Shown: one piece after another, positions 50,033-59,213 of the stretch
Position numbering within the stretch: the first letter of the stretch is position 1
Layout: each line of letters begins with the position of its first letter
Notes under the pieces: model-generated
What the model was told of the DNA's origin: nothing
Database searches by the model: none
What the model saw: only the letters and a program-made list of their open reading frames with translations
Made by a program: the position numbers and the translations under genes
Assembly: GCA_002779825.1 (NCBI GenBank)
Contig: PEVN01000512.1
Span: 7,826-71,825 of the forward strand
Length of the DNA: 64,000 nt
DNA from: Armatimonadetes bacterium CG06_land_8_20_14_3_00_66_21
GTDB taxonomy: Bacteria; Armatimonadota; Abditibacteriia; CG2-30-66-41
Reading direction: 5' to 3'

Positions 50033-52021
50033 ATGCCAAGAGCAGTCCCTCCGAGGGGGCCGAAGACGAACAGCGTCCCAGGTCCTCAAGCAGAAGACCG
50101 GAGACCAACCGGGCACTTCTATGCGTACGCGGCCCTTGCAGGGGCCGTGTCCCTCGCCGGCTACGCGTTGACCGTATGCCGAACCCTTGCCTACGGCGGC
50201 GATTGCGGCGACGTGACCGCCTCGTCATTCATCCTGGGCAACTGCCACCCGACGGGCTATCCGCTCTATCTGGTCCTGGGCAAGCTGTTCGCCGCGGTCC
50301 CGGTCGGCGACGTGGCCTTCCGCTACAACTTGCTGTCTGCAGTCAGTGCAGCCGGCGCCGTCTTCGTCGTGGCGCTGTTCGTGTCGGAGATGACCGGGCA
50401 GGGAATGGCCGGGCTCTTCGCGGGCGTGACGTTCGGGTTCCTCTACGCAGTCTGGACTCAGGGCGTCATCGCGGAAGTCTACACCCTCGGGCTGCTGCTT
50501 GCCGCCTTGATCCTGCTGGCGGCCCAGCGCTGGGCAACCCGGAACGACGCCCGCTGGCTGCTTGCCGCCGGCTTCCTGTCGGGACTCGCCGCCGCGCACC
50601 ACCTGTCGTCCGTCTATGTGTCGGTGCCGGCCTTTGCGTACTGCGCCGCCGCATGCCGCCGACGACCTGGGGCGCTCCGCCTGCTTGCTGGAGCCTTGGC
50701 ACTGGGACTGTGCGGCTTGCTCCTGTACGCCTACCTGCCACTACGGGCGGCGGCGCAGCCCGCGCTCAACTGGGGCGATCCCTCCACGTGGGACCGCTTC
50801 CTCGCCCATGTGAGCGGCCGCCTGTACCGGTCGCACGTGTTCGGCACGCCGCTGTCTGCAGTGCCAGGGCGTCTCACTGCATACGGCGCCCTCGTCGGTC
50901 TTCAGTTCCTCTTCTCGGCGCTCTGGATCCCGGTCGGCCTCGTCTGGCTGTTTCGACGGAATCGCGGCTGTGCAGCGCTGTTGGGGGCGGTATGGGTGCT
51001 CAACGTCGCGGCCAACATCCGCTACGAGGTGGGGGACCTGTGGAACTTCATGCTGCCTTCGTTCCTCTCGCTGGCAGCCTTCGCCGGGGCCGGGATGGCA
51101 GCGTTCACCACCGCTCTCTCCCGGCGCTGCGCCCAGTCACCCATGCCTGGACTTGTGCCATGGATGGCCGCCCTGGCGTGTGTGGCGATGCAGGCCAGCA
51201 TCACCGCCCCGGTGCCGGACGTCAACCTGCGACACAACCGGACGGCCCGAGAGTACAATGAGCAAGTGCTCGAGGCGCTCCCGCCCCATGCCGCCCTGTT
51301 CGTGGAGAGCGACGAGAACCTCTTCGCCCTCCAGTATCTTCAGCACGTTGAGGGGAAGGGGACCTCCATTGAGCTTCTGTCTGTCCCCGCGCTGGAGGCG
51401 TTCGGCGACGGGCTGGCCACGCAAGTCAGTCGCCGCCTCGGGAGGCGCCCCGTCTTCTGCGCGTTCTACCCGCAGCAGCTTGCCGCACGGCACTACCTTC
51501 GCTGCTCGGACACAGTGACGGAAGTCAGTGCCACGCCCGCCGAGGTCCGGACCGTGACCCGCGACGTTGGCGGCGGTTCGGCGCTCCTCCGCGTCGGCGG
51601 CGTTGCCCTCAGTTTCCTTTCGCCGCCGCGGGCGATAGTGAAGAAAGGCAACAGCGTCGGCGTCCGGTTCCGTTGGACAAAGGAGCCTACCGGCCCACTC
51701 GACCCAGTGAGTGTGGAGTTGGTGTGCGTTCCGGCCTCGCCGGGGGGAGCCGACCCCAACGCCGATTCTGACAGCTCGCGATCGGTACTGGCGGTGAGCG
51801 ACCTCGTGACTCGGTGGAGCACCCGCTACCCGCTGGCCGGAGGGCGCCCGCTCGCCAAAGTGCCTCTCGAGACGGGGCGAGTTGTCGAGGAGCGGGCGTG
51901 TCTGACGGTGCCCGGGAACGCGCAGACGGGCCGATACCAAGTGTTTGCGAGGGTGTGTCCGGCCGGCGGCCCGCCTTCGGCGTACCAGGCCGTCATGGAT
52001 CTCTCTGCAGTTCAGCGATAG
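50033..52021 (+). CDS. DUF2723 (TMEM260-like, GT-C fold) membrane glycosyltransferase
   Basis: GDCGD, HPTGYPLY, WTQGVIAEVY, AAHH and YLPLRA...NWGDP motifs. Many TMs and a soluble C-terminal region. Confidence 0.82.
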   Translation: MPRAVPPRGPKTNSVPGPQAEDRRPTGHFYAYAALAGAVSLAGYALTVCRTLAYGGDCGDVTASSFILGNCHPTGYPLYLVLGKLFAAVPVGDVAFRYNLLSAVSAAGAVFVVALFVSEMTGQGMAGLFAGVTFGFLYAVWTQGVIAEVYTLGLLLAALILLAAQRWATRNDARWLLAAGFLSGLAAAHHLSSVYVSVPAFAYCAAACRRRPGALRLLAGALALGLCGLLLYAYLPLRAAAQPALNWGDPSTWDRFLAHVSGRLYRSHVFGTPLSAVPGRLTAYGALVGLQFLFSALWIPVGLVWLFRRNRGCAALLGAVWVLNVAANIRYEVGDLWNFMLPSFLSLAAFAGAGMAAFTTALSRRCAQSPMPGLVPWMAALACVAMQASITAPVPDVNLRHNRTAREYNEQVLEALPPHAALFVESDENLFALQYLQHVEGKGTSIELLSVPALEAFGDGLATQVSRRLGRRPVFCAFYPQQLAARHYLRCSDTVTEVSATPAEVRTVTRDVGGGSALLRVGGVALSFLSPPRAIVKKGNSVGVRFRWTKEPTGPLDPVSVELVCVPASPGGADPNADSDSSRSVLAVSDLVTRWSTRYPLAGGRPLAKVPLETGRVVEERACLTVPGNAQTGRYQVFARVCPAGGPPSAYQAVMDLSAVQR

Positions 52022-52035
52022 GATGTCCCCGCCCC

Positions 52036-52638
52036 ATGTCCCTCTCCCCGCTCTGCCCACTCTCGGCCGTTGAGACCGTCGTGATCAATGCTATTCTGTG
52101 CCTGGTGCTTGTGGTCGCGACGTACACAGACGCCACGCGCGCAAAGATCTACAACCTGCTGACGTTCCCCGCGATGTTGACCGGGTTGCTCCTGAACACT
52201 CTCCTGTGGGGCCACGCCGGCCTCACTCTGGGCGCGGCGCTTGAGGGGCTCAAGTGGGCCGGGCTGGGGCTGGCAGTTGGCTTTGCGCTGCTTCTCGTGC
52301 CGTTCTGGCTCGGCGGCACGAAGGCGGGCGACGTGAAGCTGCTGATGGCGGTGGGCGCGCTGAAAGGCTGGGAGTTCGTGCTTGTCGGGTTCCTCTACGG
52401 CGCCGTCCTGTTTGGCGTCGTGGCCATACTCATCCTCGCGCGGCGCGGCAAGCTCGGTCGGACACTGAGCAACATCACCAACTACTTCTACGGCATGGCT
52501 GTACTGCACTCGGCACCGGAGCTGTCCCCTCCGGCAGACGACAGCAAGTACCCGTACGGCATCTCTCTGTCTCTGGGCTTCGCCGTGGCACTGATCCTCC
52601 AGTACACCTTGGGCCGACCGAACTTCTGGCAGTGGTAG
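52036..52638 (+). CDS. cpaA: Prepilin peptidase, A24 family (CpaA/TadV-like)
   Basis: TYTD...KIYNLLT, GGTKAGDVKLLMAVGA and YPYGISL motifs. Confidence 0.9.
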   Translation: MSLSPLCPLSAVETVVINAILCLVLVVATYTDATRAKIYNLLTFPAMLTGLLLNTLLWGHAGLTLGAALEGLKWAGLGLAVGFALLLVPFWLGGTKAGDVKLLMAVGALKGWEFVLVGFLYGAVLFGVVAILILARRGKLGRTLSNITNYFYGMAVLHSAPELSPPADDSKYPYGISLSLGFAVALILQYTLGRPNFWQW

Positions 52639-52828
52639 CCCGCCACGAGGGAGCTGCACAGGACCGGACCCGAGTCGAGGAATCGAGACGGGTTCGGGCT
52701 GAAGGGTCACTGTCACTAATTGTCCTTGCCCGGTCTCACGACCGGAAGTACACTGTGCCACGTATCGCGAGGCTGGCCCGGGAGTATTCGCTGCGCGGCA
52801 CTGGCGACTGCGAGCAAGGAGAAGCTTG

Positions 52829-53278
52829 ATGAAGGCAAAGGACCTGATGACAACGGACGTGGTGACCGTCGTAGAGACCGCCACCGCCAGAGAGACCATC
52901 GAGGCCATGGTGAGAACCGGCCATCGCCTCCTGCCGGTGACGAACGACGCCGGCCGTTTCGTGGGTGCGGTGACCCAACTGGCATTCGTTCGGCTGTGCT
53001 TGCCTAAGTACGCCGAGCAGATCGGCGATCTGGCCTTTCTGCCCGACGACTTCGAGCCCTTTGACCACCGCCTAGAAAAGGTGGGCCAGGTGCAGGTGAG
53101 CGCGGTGATGGACCGAGCCCCACTGACCGCCACTGAAGACACTGCCGTCGTTGAACTCGCCGCGTTGATGACCCTCCACGAAGTGGACACGTTGCCCATT
53201 CTGCGGGACGGCAAAGTCGTGGGCATCGTCGGCCTGCAGGACCTCGTCGGCGAGATTGTGCACCCGCACGCGCGGTAG
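52829..53278 (+). CDS. CBS-pair domain protein
   Basis: AKDLMTTDVVTV, LPVTNDAGRFVG, VSAVM and LPILRDGKVVGIV. AAGGAG RBS. Confidence 0.9.
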   Translation: MKAKDLMTTDVVTVVETATARETIEAMVRTGHRLLPVTNDAGRFVGAVTQLAFVRLCLPKYAEQIGDLAFLPDDFEPFDHRLEKVGQVQVSAVMDRAPLTATEDTAVVELAALMTLHEVDTLPILRDGKVVGIVGLQDLVGEIVHPHAR

Positions 53279-53309
53279 TGCGTTCGGAACCAGCCCCCCT
53301 GAAATGCGA

Positions 53310-53344
53310 ATCGCCCCCTGGCACACTTGGTGCCAGGGGGCGAT
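53310..53344. terminator. Perfect 15-bp hairpin between convergent genes
   Basis: atcgccccctggcac-acttg-gtgccagggggcgat, without a strong U-tract. Confidence 0.6.
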
Positions 53345-53400
53345 GTCATTCCGAGAGAACTTCCAGGCAGAGAAACGACTCAGGATTTTCCGGAACCGGG

Positions 53401-53718
53401 TTACTGGCTCTCTGCTTCGCCCTCTCCGCCGTCCGCCGAGGATTCTTCGGTCGGTTCTTCCTTCTTCTCCTCTGACTTGGCAGACTCGCTGGGAGTCTCG
53501 TCATCGGAAGACGTGGCGGGAGGAACGGCGCTCTCAAATTCCTTGGCTGCACGCATCTCGCTGATGCCGATGGCCAGAGCCAACAAGCCGCCACATACAA
53601 GGGTGACGCCGATGCAGCCCTGCAACACGTAGATGAACTGATGCCACCAGCCGACGAGCGCGATGATGCCAAGCACCGAGCACACTGCGCCGATCAGAAT
53701 TGCAAGCATGTTTCCCAT
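53401..53718 (-). CDS. Small two-TM membrane protein with acidic tail
   Basis: MGNMLAILIGAVCSVLGIIALVGWW...GGLLALAIGISE plus an E/S-rich tail. AAGGAGG and its own promoter upstream. Confidence 0.75.
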   Translation of the reverse strand: MGNMLAILIGAVCSVLGIIALVGWWHQFIYVLQGCIGVTLVCGGLLALAIGISEMRAAKEFESAVPPATSSDDETPSESAKSEEKKEEPTEESSADGGEGEAESQ

Positions 53719-53869
53719 GTCTTTCTCTGCCCTCCTTTCGCACAACTTGCTTTGCTTGCGCCAGCCGCTGTTGCCGAGTCCTGACTTGGACACTCACGAA
53801 CTCAGAACGAACCTACCTGCCAGCGGCGCGCCTGCCAGTGTCGGCAACATTCCAGGTCAGGACGCGGAT

Positions 53870-53949
53870 ATTATAGCACACGACTCCGGCGACAGCAACA
53901 ACGCCAGCAACTGAACGCATTGACGACCCTCCGGCGAGTGTCGTATCCT
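53870..53949. promoter_or_regulatory. Back-to-back divergent sigma70-type promoters
   Basis: Minus strand: TTGCTG-17-TATAAT with extended TG (53898-53870). Plus strand: TTGACG-18-TATCCT (53920-53949). Confidence 0.6.
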
Positions 53950-54008
53950 ACGTGTCGCCGGGGCAATCCGTCCGAGCGACGTCTTCGCCGGAGAAGGGTG
54001 TGCCTGGC

Positions 54009-54812
54009 ATGAAATCCGTTGTTGTCGCGCTGGTGCAGTTGAACTCGACCGCAGCGGTCGGCGCAAACGTCGACCGCGCGGCGCGCCGCACGGCAGAGGC
54101 GCTCGCCCGGGGAGCCGAGTTGGTATGCCTGCCGGAGATGTTCAACTACCTCGGCGCTCTCCATGGGTGCGCGAAATGCGCCGAAGAGATCCCGGGTCCC
54201 TCGCTGGCGACGCTGTGTGATCTCGCCCGCGAACACAAGGCGTGGATCGCCGCAGGGACAGTGCTTGAGCGCAACGGTGACGCAAGGCCGTTCAACACCT
54301 CAGTGGTGCTCAACCCAACGGGCGAAGTGGCCGCCCGCTACCGCAAGATCCACCTGTTCGACATCGATCTCCCCGGCCGAGTCCGGTATCGGGAATCGGC
54401 CTTTCTGTCCGCGGGGGATGACCCCGCGATCTGCGAGACCCCTTTCGGGACACTGGGGCTCAGCATCTGTTATGACCTCCGGTTCCCCGAGCTCTACCGC
54501 AAATACTCCGCACAGGGCGCCTCCCTGCTGCTGGTGCCCGCAGCCTTCACCATGGAGACCGGGCGCGACCACTGGGAGCCGCTGCTTCGCGCCCGGGCCA
54601 TTGAGAACCAGTGTTTCGTCGTCGCCACGGGCCAGACGGGGAAGAAGGAAAGCGGACTCGTCTGCTATGGGCGGTCGATGGTCGTCGACCCCTGGGGCCT
54701 CGTGGTTGCGCAGGCGGCGGACGAGGAGGGTCTCCTGGTGGTGGAACTGGATCTGACAGCAGTCGAACGCGTGCGGGAGCGCCTTCCGGCGCTTAGGCAT
54801 CGCCGGCTATAG
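54009..54812 (+). CDS. Carbon-nitrogen hydrolase (Nit1/deaminated glutathione amidase-like)
   Basis: Glu-Lys-Cys triad in [13 protein letters not shown] and ICYDLRFPE. Also [14 protein letters not shown]. Confidence 0.92.
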   Translation: MKSVVVALVQLNSTAAVGANVDRAARRTAEALARGAELVCLPEMFNYLGALHGCAKCAEEIPGPSLATLCDLAREHKAWIAAGTVLERNGDARPFNTSVVLNPTGEVAARYRKIHLFDIDLPGRVRYRESAFLSAGDDPAICETPFGTLGLSICYDLRFPELYRKYSAQGASLLLVPAAFTMETGRDHWEPLLRARAIENQCFVVATGQTGKKESGLVCYGRSMVVDPWGLVVAQAADEEGLLVVELDLTAVERVRERLPALRHRRL

Positions 54813-54877
54813 TCCCGGGGCCGGTCTCCCGGTTCTGTACCGCGTCTGGCGACTTCCGGCCTTTTTTTTCGCAACCA

Positions 54878-54961
54878 TTGACAGCCGCTCGCGGGCATAG
54901 TATCCTATGGGTCACTACCAAAGACTATCCGATACTTTCCTCGTATAGATAGCCACTTACC
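54878..54961 (+). promoter_or_regulatory. Sigma70 promoter plus phased operator-like repeats upstream of the mraZ-like gene
   Basis: TTGACA(54878-83)-17-TATCCT(54901-06), then ACTACC, ACTATCC and ACTTTCC at 54914, 54924 and 54934, and ACTTACC at 54955. Confidence 0.7.
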
Positions 54962-54974
54962 GGGACTGACTACA

Positions 54975-55430
54975 GTGACACAGGAAGCAACGGAAACCGA
55001 GAAGCCCGGCGCCTTCCGCTCCTATGTCGGCCATGCCGAACGCACCGCTGACCCCCAGTGTCGCGTGCAGTTGCCGGATGACTGGATCCACGACACGCCC
55101 CAGCGGTTTATCGCGAAGCTCGGCGTGATTCACCCGGGCGTCGTCTCCCTCTTCCCGCCCGAGGCGGCCCAGTTCATGGTGCCGGCGCTCACGTCGGAGA
55201 CCTTCGACCCTACTCACCTGCTGAAGATGACGAAGGTCGGCAAGGACATCCACCACGTGACAGTTGACAGCAACAACCGCCTGCCACTATCGGAGGCGAA
55301 GTTCAGATCGCTGTTGACTCCGGAGGGCAAATCTGCCCCCGTCAAGCTCTTTGGCAGTGTTCACTTCTTCTCGATCTGCCCGCTGGGCGTGTGGCCTGAG
55401 GTTGAGCAGCACCTGCTGAACTCCACGTAG
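54975..55430 (+). CDS. mraZ: Divergent MraZ-like (SpoVT/AbrB duplicate) transcription regulator
   Basis: 151 aa with two DxxxR motifs in MraZ context (YVGHAERTADPQCRVQLP; VTVDSNNRLPL..FR), plus VSLFP and VKLFG...FSI...W. Confidence 0.7.
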   Translation: MTQEATETEKPGAFRSYVGHAERTADPQCRVQLPDDWIHDTPQRFIAKLGVIHPGVVSLFPPEAAQFMVPALTSETFDPTHLLKMTKVGKDIHHVTVDSNNRLPLSEAKFRSLLTPEGKSAPVKLFGSVHFFSICPLGVWPEVEQHLLNST

Positions 55431-55509
55431 CCGTGTCCGGCGAGCAGTTCGGGGCAGTTTCCGACGCACTCAGGTGGCCGCGCCCGGTCCGTCCGGGCGC
55501 TTGGTCATT

Positions 55510-55697
55510 GGGAGGGAGGTTCGTCGCCTCGGCCTGCATCGCAGCAGCTTCGTAGCAGCTTCGCAGTCAGCGGACTGAACGGAACGTCGGCCAGTTCGCT
55601 CCGCGGTTACCGCCGCAGCAGAATCGCTGAAACGCAGCAGCAACATTCGCAGCCCCTCTTCACAGCAACTTAGGCCGAGACGGCGACCTCCTTCCCC
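55510..55697 (+). ncRNA. Candidate structured RNA or leader element
   Basis: 5' GGGAGGGAGGTTCGTCGCCTCGGCCT pairs with 3' AGGCCGAGACGGCGACCTCCTTCCC (with G:U pairs). The stem encloses GCAGC-rich segments and inner stems. Confidence 0.4.
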
Positions 55698-56398
55698 TTC
55701 TTTGAAAACTCCGCGTTCCGGGCGTGGCCGGCACTTCGTTCTCCCAGGTCGCTATCGCCTCGCTGCAGCAAGCCATCACCACGGCCACGCCCCTTTTCTC
55801 CTTCGTCCTCTCGCCACTTCGAGGCGGCTGTTCAACCGCTTCGAAGCGGCGAGACGGCCGGCTTGCGCTTGGTTCGCCGGCTGCCTCCACGTGTTCTCCC
55901 CTGGAAGGGCGTCCCGTCGGCTGCGCACCCCGTCGCCGTCCGCTCACAGCAACACCGCAGCCCGCGGCTTGTTCTGTCGACAGGCATGTTCAGGCCGCAA
56001 TCCCAGCACAATCACCGCCACACCATACCACCTCCTCGCCGTCTCCGTCTCGACCCAGGTCGGCGGGCCCCCTCCCTTTTACACTCCGGCATTCACCCCC
56101 TCCTCCCCTCGGGCGCCACTCGCACGTGCCTTCCGGCAGTTCCGCCGCGTCTCCTCACACCTTGCCGTCGCGATGCCACCCCGCTCCCTCTCCATTGTCG
56201 GGTCTGTCGTCGCCGCGCGCGTTCCGCCCGCCATGGTGGCGCCCTGACGTGCAGGAGGTCTCTTTCGTGCAGCGCAGGACGAGTGCGCGTACAACCTCCG
56301 CCGGCCACTGCCCAAGCCCCATGCAGGAAGCCACAATGGGCTGCGCCCAGCGTCCGGTATCAACCGGATCCTGATGCCGCGCTTGATGGAGAACACGA

Positions 56399-57385
56399 TT
56401 GCACCTGGAACTCGTCGCCCACGTCGCCGCCTCCATCGTCCAGAACGTCGAACAGGTCATCCTCGGCAAGCGTCGCGCGGTAGTTGATGCCGTCGCCACG
56501 CTGCTCGCCAGGGGCCACGTGCTCCTTCAGGATGTGCCGGGCGTCGGCAAGACCATGCTGGCCCGGTCGCTCGCGGTCTCGGTCGGAGGCGTCTTCAAGC
56601 GGCTCCAGTGCACTCCCGACCTCCTTCCCTCCGACATCACTGGGGTGACTCTGTACGATCAGCGGCAGGGCGCGTTCCGCTTTCGTGCCGGGCCGGTCTT
56701 CTCCAACGTGCTCCTGGCGGACGAGATCAACCGCACCTCGCCGCGAACGCAGTCCAGCTTGCTGGAGTGCATGGACGAGCGGCAGGTCACGGTTGACGGC
56801 CGGACGCACCCGCTGCCGCAACCGTTCTTGGTCATCGCCACCGAGAACCCGTCCGACCATGAGGGTGTCTACCCGCTGCCCGAATCCCAACTCGACCGAT
56901 TCATGACTCGGCTCTGGCTCGACTACCCCACGGAGGACGACGAGAAGCTGATCGTGGGTCGGCACCTTGCCGGCGCGCCCATCGACGCGCTGGAGTCGGT
57001 TACCGACCCGGAGACCGTGCGGGCCATGCAGGCAGCCGTCGAGACCGTGCAGGTAAATGACGAAGTGGTGGCCTACGCGGTCGCGCTCTGCCGCCGCACC
57101 CGCGTGCACCCGCACGTCGCCCTTGGCGCGAGTACGCGCGCCACACTCCAGTTGTCCCGGCTCGCCCAGGCCCACGCAGTGCTCGCTGGGCGCGACTACG
57201 TGCTCCCGGACGACGTGAAACGGTTGGCCCTGGCCGTGCTGGCCCATCGGATTACGCTCAAGCCGGAAGCGCGACTGGAAGACGTGACACCCGAAACGGT
57301 GATCCAAGAGATCCGCGACGAGTACCCCGTCGCCACGAGCGCCCGCCCTCCGTTCCTGCAAGTTCGCAAGGCCGCGAGTGGGTAG
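56399..57385 (+). CDS. moxR: MoxR family AAA+ ATPase (copy 1)
   Basis: DVPGVGKT, QCTPDLLPSDITG, LADEINR, PLPESQLDRF and DYVLPDDVK motifs. Confidence 0.95.
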   Translation: MHLELVAHVAASIVQNVEQVILGKRRAVVDAVATLLARGHVLLQDVPGVGKTMLARSLAVSVGGVFKRLQCTPDLLPSDITGVTLYDQRQGAFRFRAGPVFSNVLLADEINRTSPRTQSSLLECMDERQVTVDGRTHPLPQPFLVIATENPSDHEGVYPLPESQLDRFMTRLWLDYPTEDDEKLIVGRHLAGAPIDALESVTDPETVRAMQAAVETVQVNDEVVAYAVALCRRTRVHPHVALGASTRATLQLSRLAQAHAVLAGRDYVLPDDVKRLALAVLAHRITLKPEARLEDVTPETVIQEIRDEYPVATSARPPFLQVRKAASG

Positions 57386-57566
57386 GGGGTTCTTACGGCA
57401 GCAGTACTTCGCCAGCGAGGTACTGCCCCTGCAAGCATACCTCGCTGGTTCACGAGTTCTGTTGCCGCGGTCGCAGTGCACACGTGCCGCTTGAGCAGGC
57501 TCGTGCACCAGCGAGGCAAACTCCCCGGGGAAGCACCGCGCTTCCGTCCGAGGCAGGTGAGGTCCA

Positions 57567-59204
57567 GTGACACCACGCTCAGCACCGGTCAAGGTCACGT
57601 GCTCCGGGGCGATGGTCCTTGCTTCGGCTCTGCTTCTGTGCACGCTGGCGGCGGCCACCCACCGGCACCTGTGTTGGGTGCTCTGTTGGGCGACCGTAGG
57701 CACTCTGGTCGCCTCCCACCTCCTGGCCCGACGGGCCCTGGCGGGCGTCGGGCTCGACCTCTTGGACTGCACGGCGCGCCTCTTCGAGGGCCGTCCCGGC
57801 AAGGCTACAGTGCGCGTGCGGAACGACTCGGGGGTCGCCAAAGCCAACCTCCTCCTCGATCTGAACCTGTACAACGAGACCCGCAGGAGCCACTTCACGG
57901 AGAGCTGCCATCTGACGCGGCTGGACCCGGGCGCGACGCTCACTGAGACCGTCTCCATTCGCGGGCTGCGACGGGGGGTGGTCAAGCTTCACACGGCCGC
58001 GTTGGCCGGCAGCGACCCCCTGGGTCTCTTCGTCTGCAGTGTCCGCTCGACGAACCTGGACCGGCGGCTGAGGGTTTACCCGAGGCGGGTCCCCGCCAGG
58101 TTGCCGTGTCGTTTCACTGCGCCGATCTGCCTGCGGCCGATGGTGTCTGAGCAGTCGACCGGTCTTGGCGACACCGAAGTGCGCGCGGTACGACCCTACG
58201 TCCACGGGGACCCGCTCCGGCGCGTCCACTGGCCCCTGACCGCCCGGGCCGGCGAGATGATTGTCAAAGAGGTTGAGGGCGCCGAAGAGTCGGGTGCGGC
58301 GATCTTCGTCGACCTCTCCTGCGAGCAATTGGGCGGCGCGCACGGCGGGGCGGAGTTCGAGGCGAACCTCCGGGTGGCTCTCGCCGTGGTCGAAGAGCTG
58401 ACGCGCAGTGGCGGCACGGTGACCGTGCGTCTCGGCGCCGGGCCCGCGCTGGAGCTTCGCGGAACCACCGGTGACGGCGAGCACGACCGCTTGCTTCACC
58501 GGTTGGCGGAAGCGCAGCCGACCTTCGAGAGTCGGCCGGACCGCTTGGTGCTCGCCGGAGGGAGGCCTCCCAAAGGGGGGACAGTGCTGGTTATCACCGC
58601 AGAGCTTACTCCCGAGCTTATCCGGGTCGCGCGCCTCCTGCGCGCGGTGCGCAGCACGCTGGTGGTCGCCCACACGGTCTGCGAGGCACCGGTCCCACTC
58701 CTTCCGGTGGAGGTCGTCGCGGAGAGAATCGGCGCTTGGTGGCGTGCCGCCTGGCTCTGGAATCCCAAGAGCAGAATCCTCGGGCCGGTAGTGGAGTCGC
58801 TACGGAACTTGCTTCGTGACTTGGAGCCGCCCGAGGACGTACGTTTGCCCGATCCCGAGGACGAGATCCAGCGGACTCTGCAAGCTGCCGGCGCGGTGCT
58901 CTGGCACATTCCAGTGGAGCCGGAGACCCCCGTCCCCAACGAACGACGGGCGGGACTCACGGAACCGTGGGCCCCGGTCTCTGAGTGGCTGGACCGCCCG
59001 CTCTATGGGCCGGTGGCGGACTGGCAGCGTTCGTGGGCGCCCACGTCGCTGGACTCGTCTCGCCCGGGTCTCCTCCACGCCTTCCGGGAGTTCCTCGGGT
59101 TCGACTTGGAGGGCGGTCCCTGGGAGCCCGAGACAACCGACACGCTGCACACAGCCGTAGAAGGAGGCAAGGGTCATCTGCGGCTTGTGCCGCGCGACTC
59201 GTAG
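57567..59204 (+). CDS. DUF58 domain protein (copy 1) with C-terminal extension
   Basis: N-terminal TMs, RRG, DPLGLF, VYP and VRPYVHGDPLRRVHWPLTAR..VKE motifs. Confidence 0.88.
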   Translation: MTPRSAPVKVTCSGAMVLASALLLCTLAAATHRHLCWVLCWATVGTLVASHLLARRALAGVGLDLLDCTARLFEGRPGKATVRVRNDSGVAKANLLLDLNLYNETRRSHFTESCHLTRLDPGATLTETVSIRGLRRGVVKLHTAALAGSDPLGLFVCSVRSTNLDRRLRVYPRRVPARLPCRFTAPICLRPMVSEQSTGLGDTEVRAVRPYVHGDPLRRVHWPLTARAGEMIVKEVEGAEESGAAIFVDLSCEQLGGAHGGAEFEANLRVALAVVEELTRSGGTVTVRLGAGPALELRGTTGDGEHDRLLHRLAEAQPTFESRPDRLVLAGGRPPKGGTVLVITAELTPELIRVARLLRAVRSTLVVAHTVCEAPVPLLPVEVVAERIGAWWRAAWLWNPKSRILGPVVESLRNLLRDLEPPEDVRLPDPEDEIQRTLQAAGAVLWHIPVEPETPVPNERRAGLTEPWAPVSEWLDRPLYGPVADWQRSWAPTSLDSSRPGLLHAFREFLGFDLEGGPWEPETTDTLHTAVEGGKGHLRLVPRDS

Positions 59205-59213
59205 ACCCCGACC

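Noticed and set aside
55660-56499. ORFs of 95-216 aa between the mraZ-like gene and moxR
   Set aside because: Pro/Arg/Ser-rich, mutually overlapping, with no RBS or family motifs.
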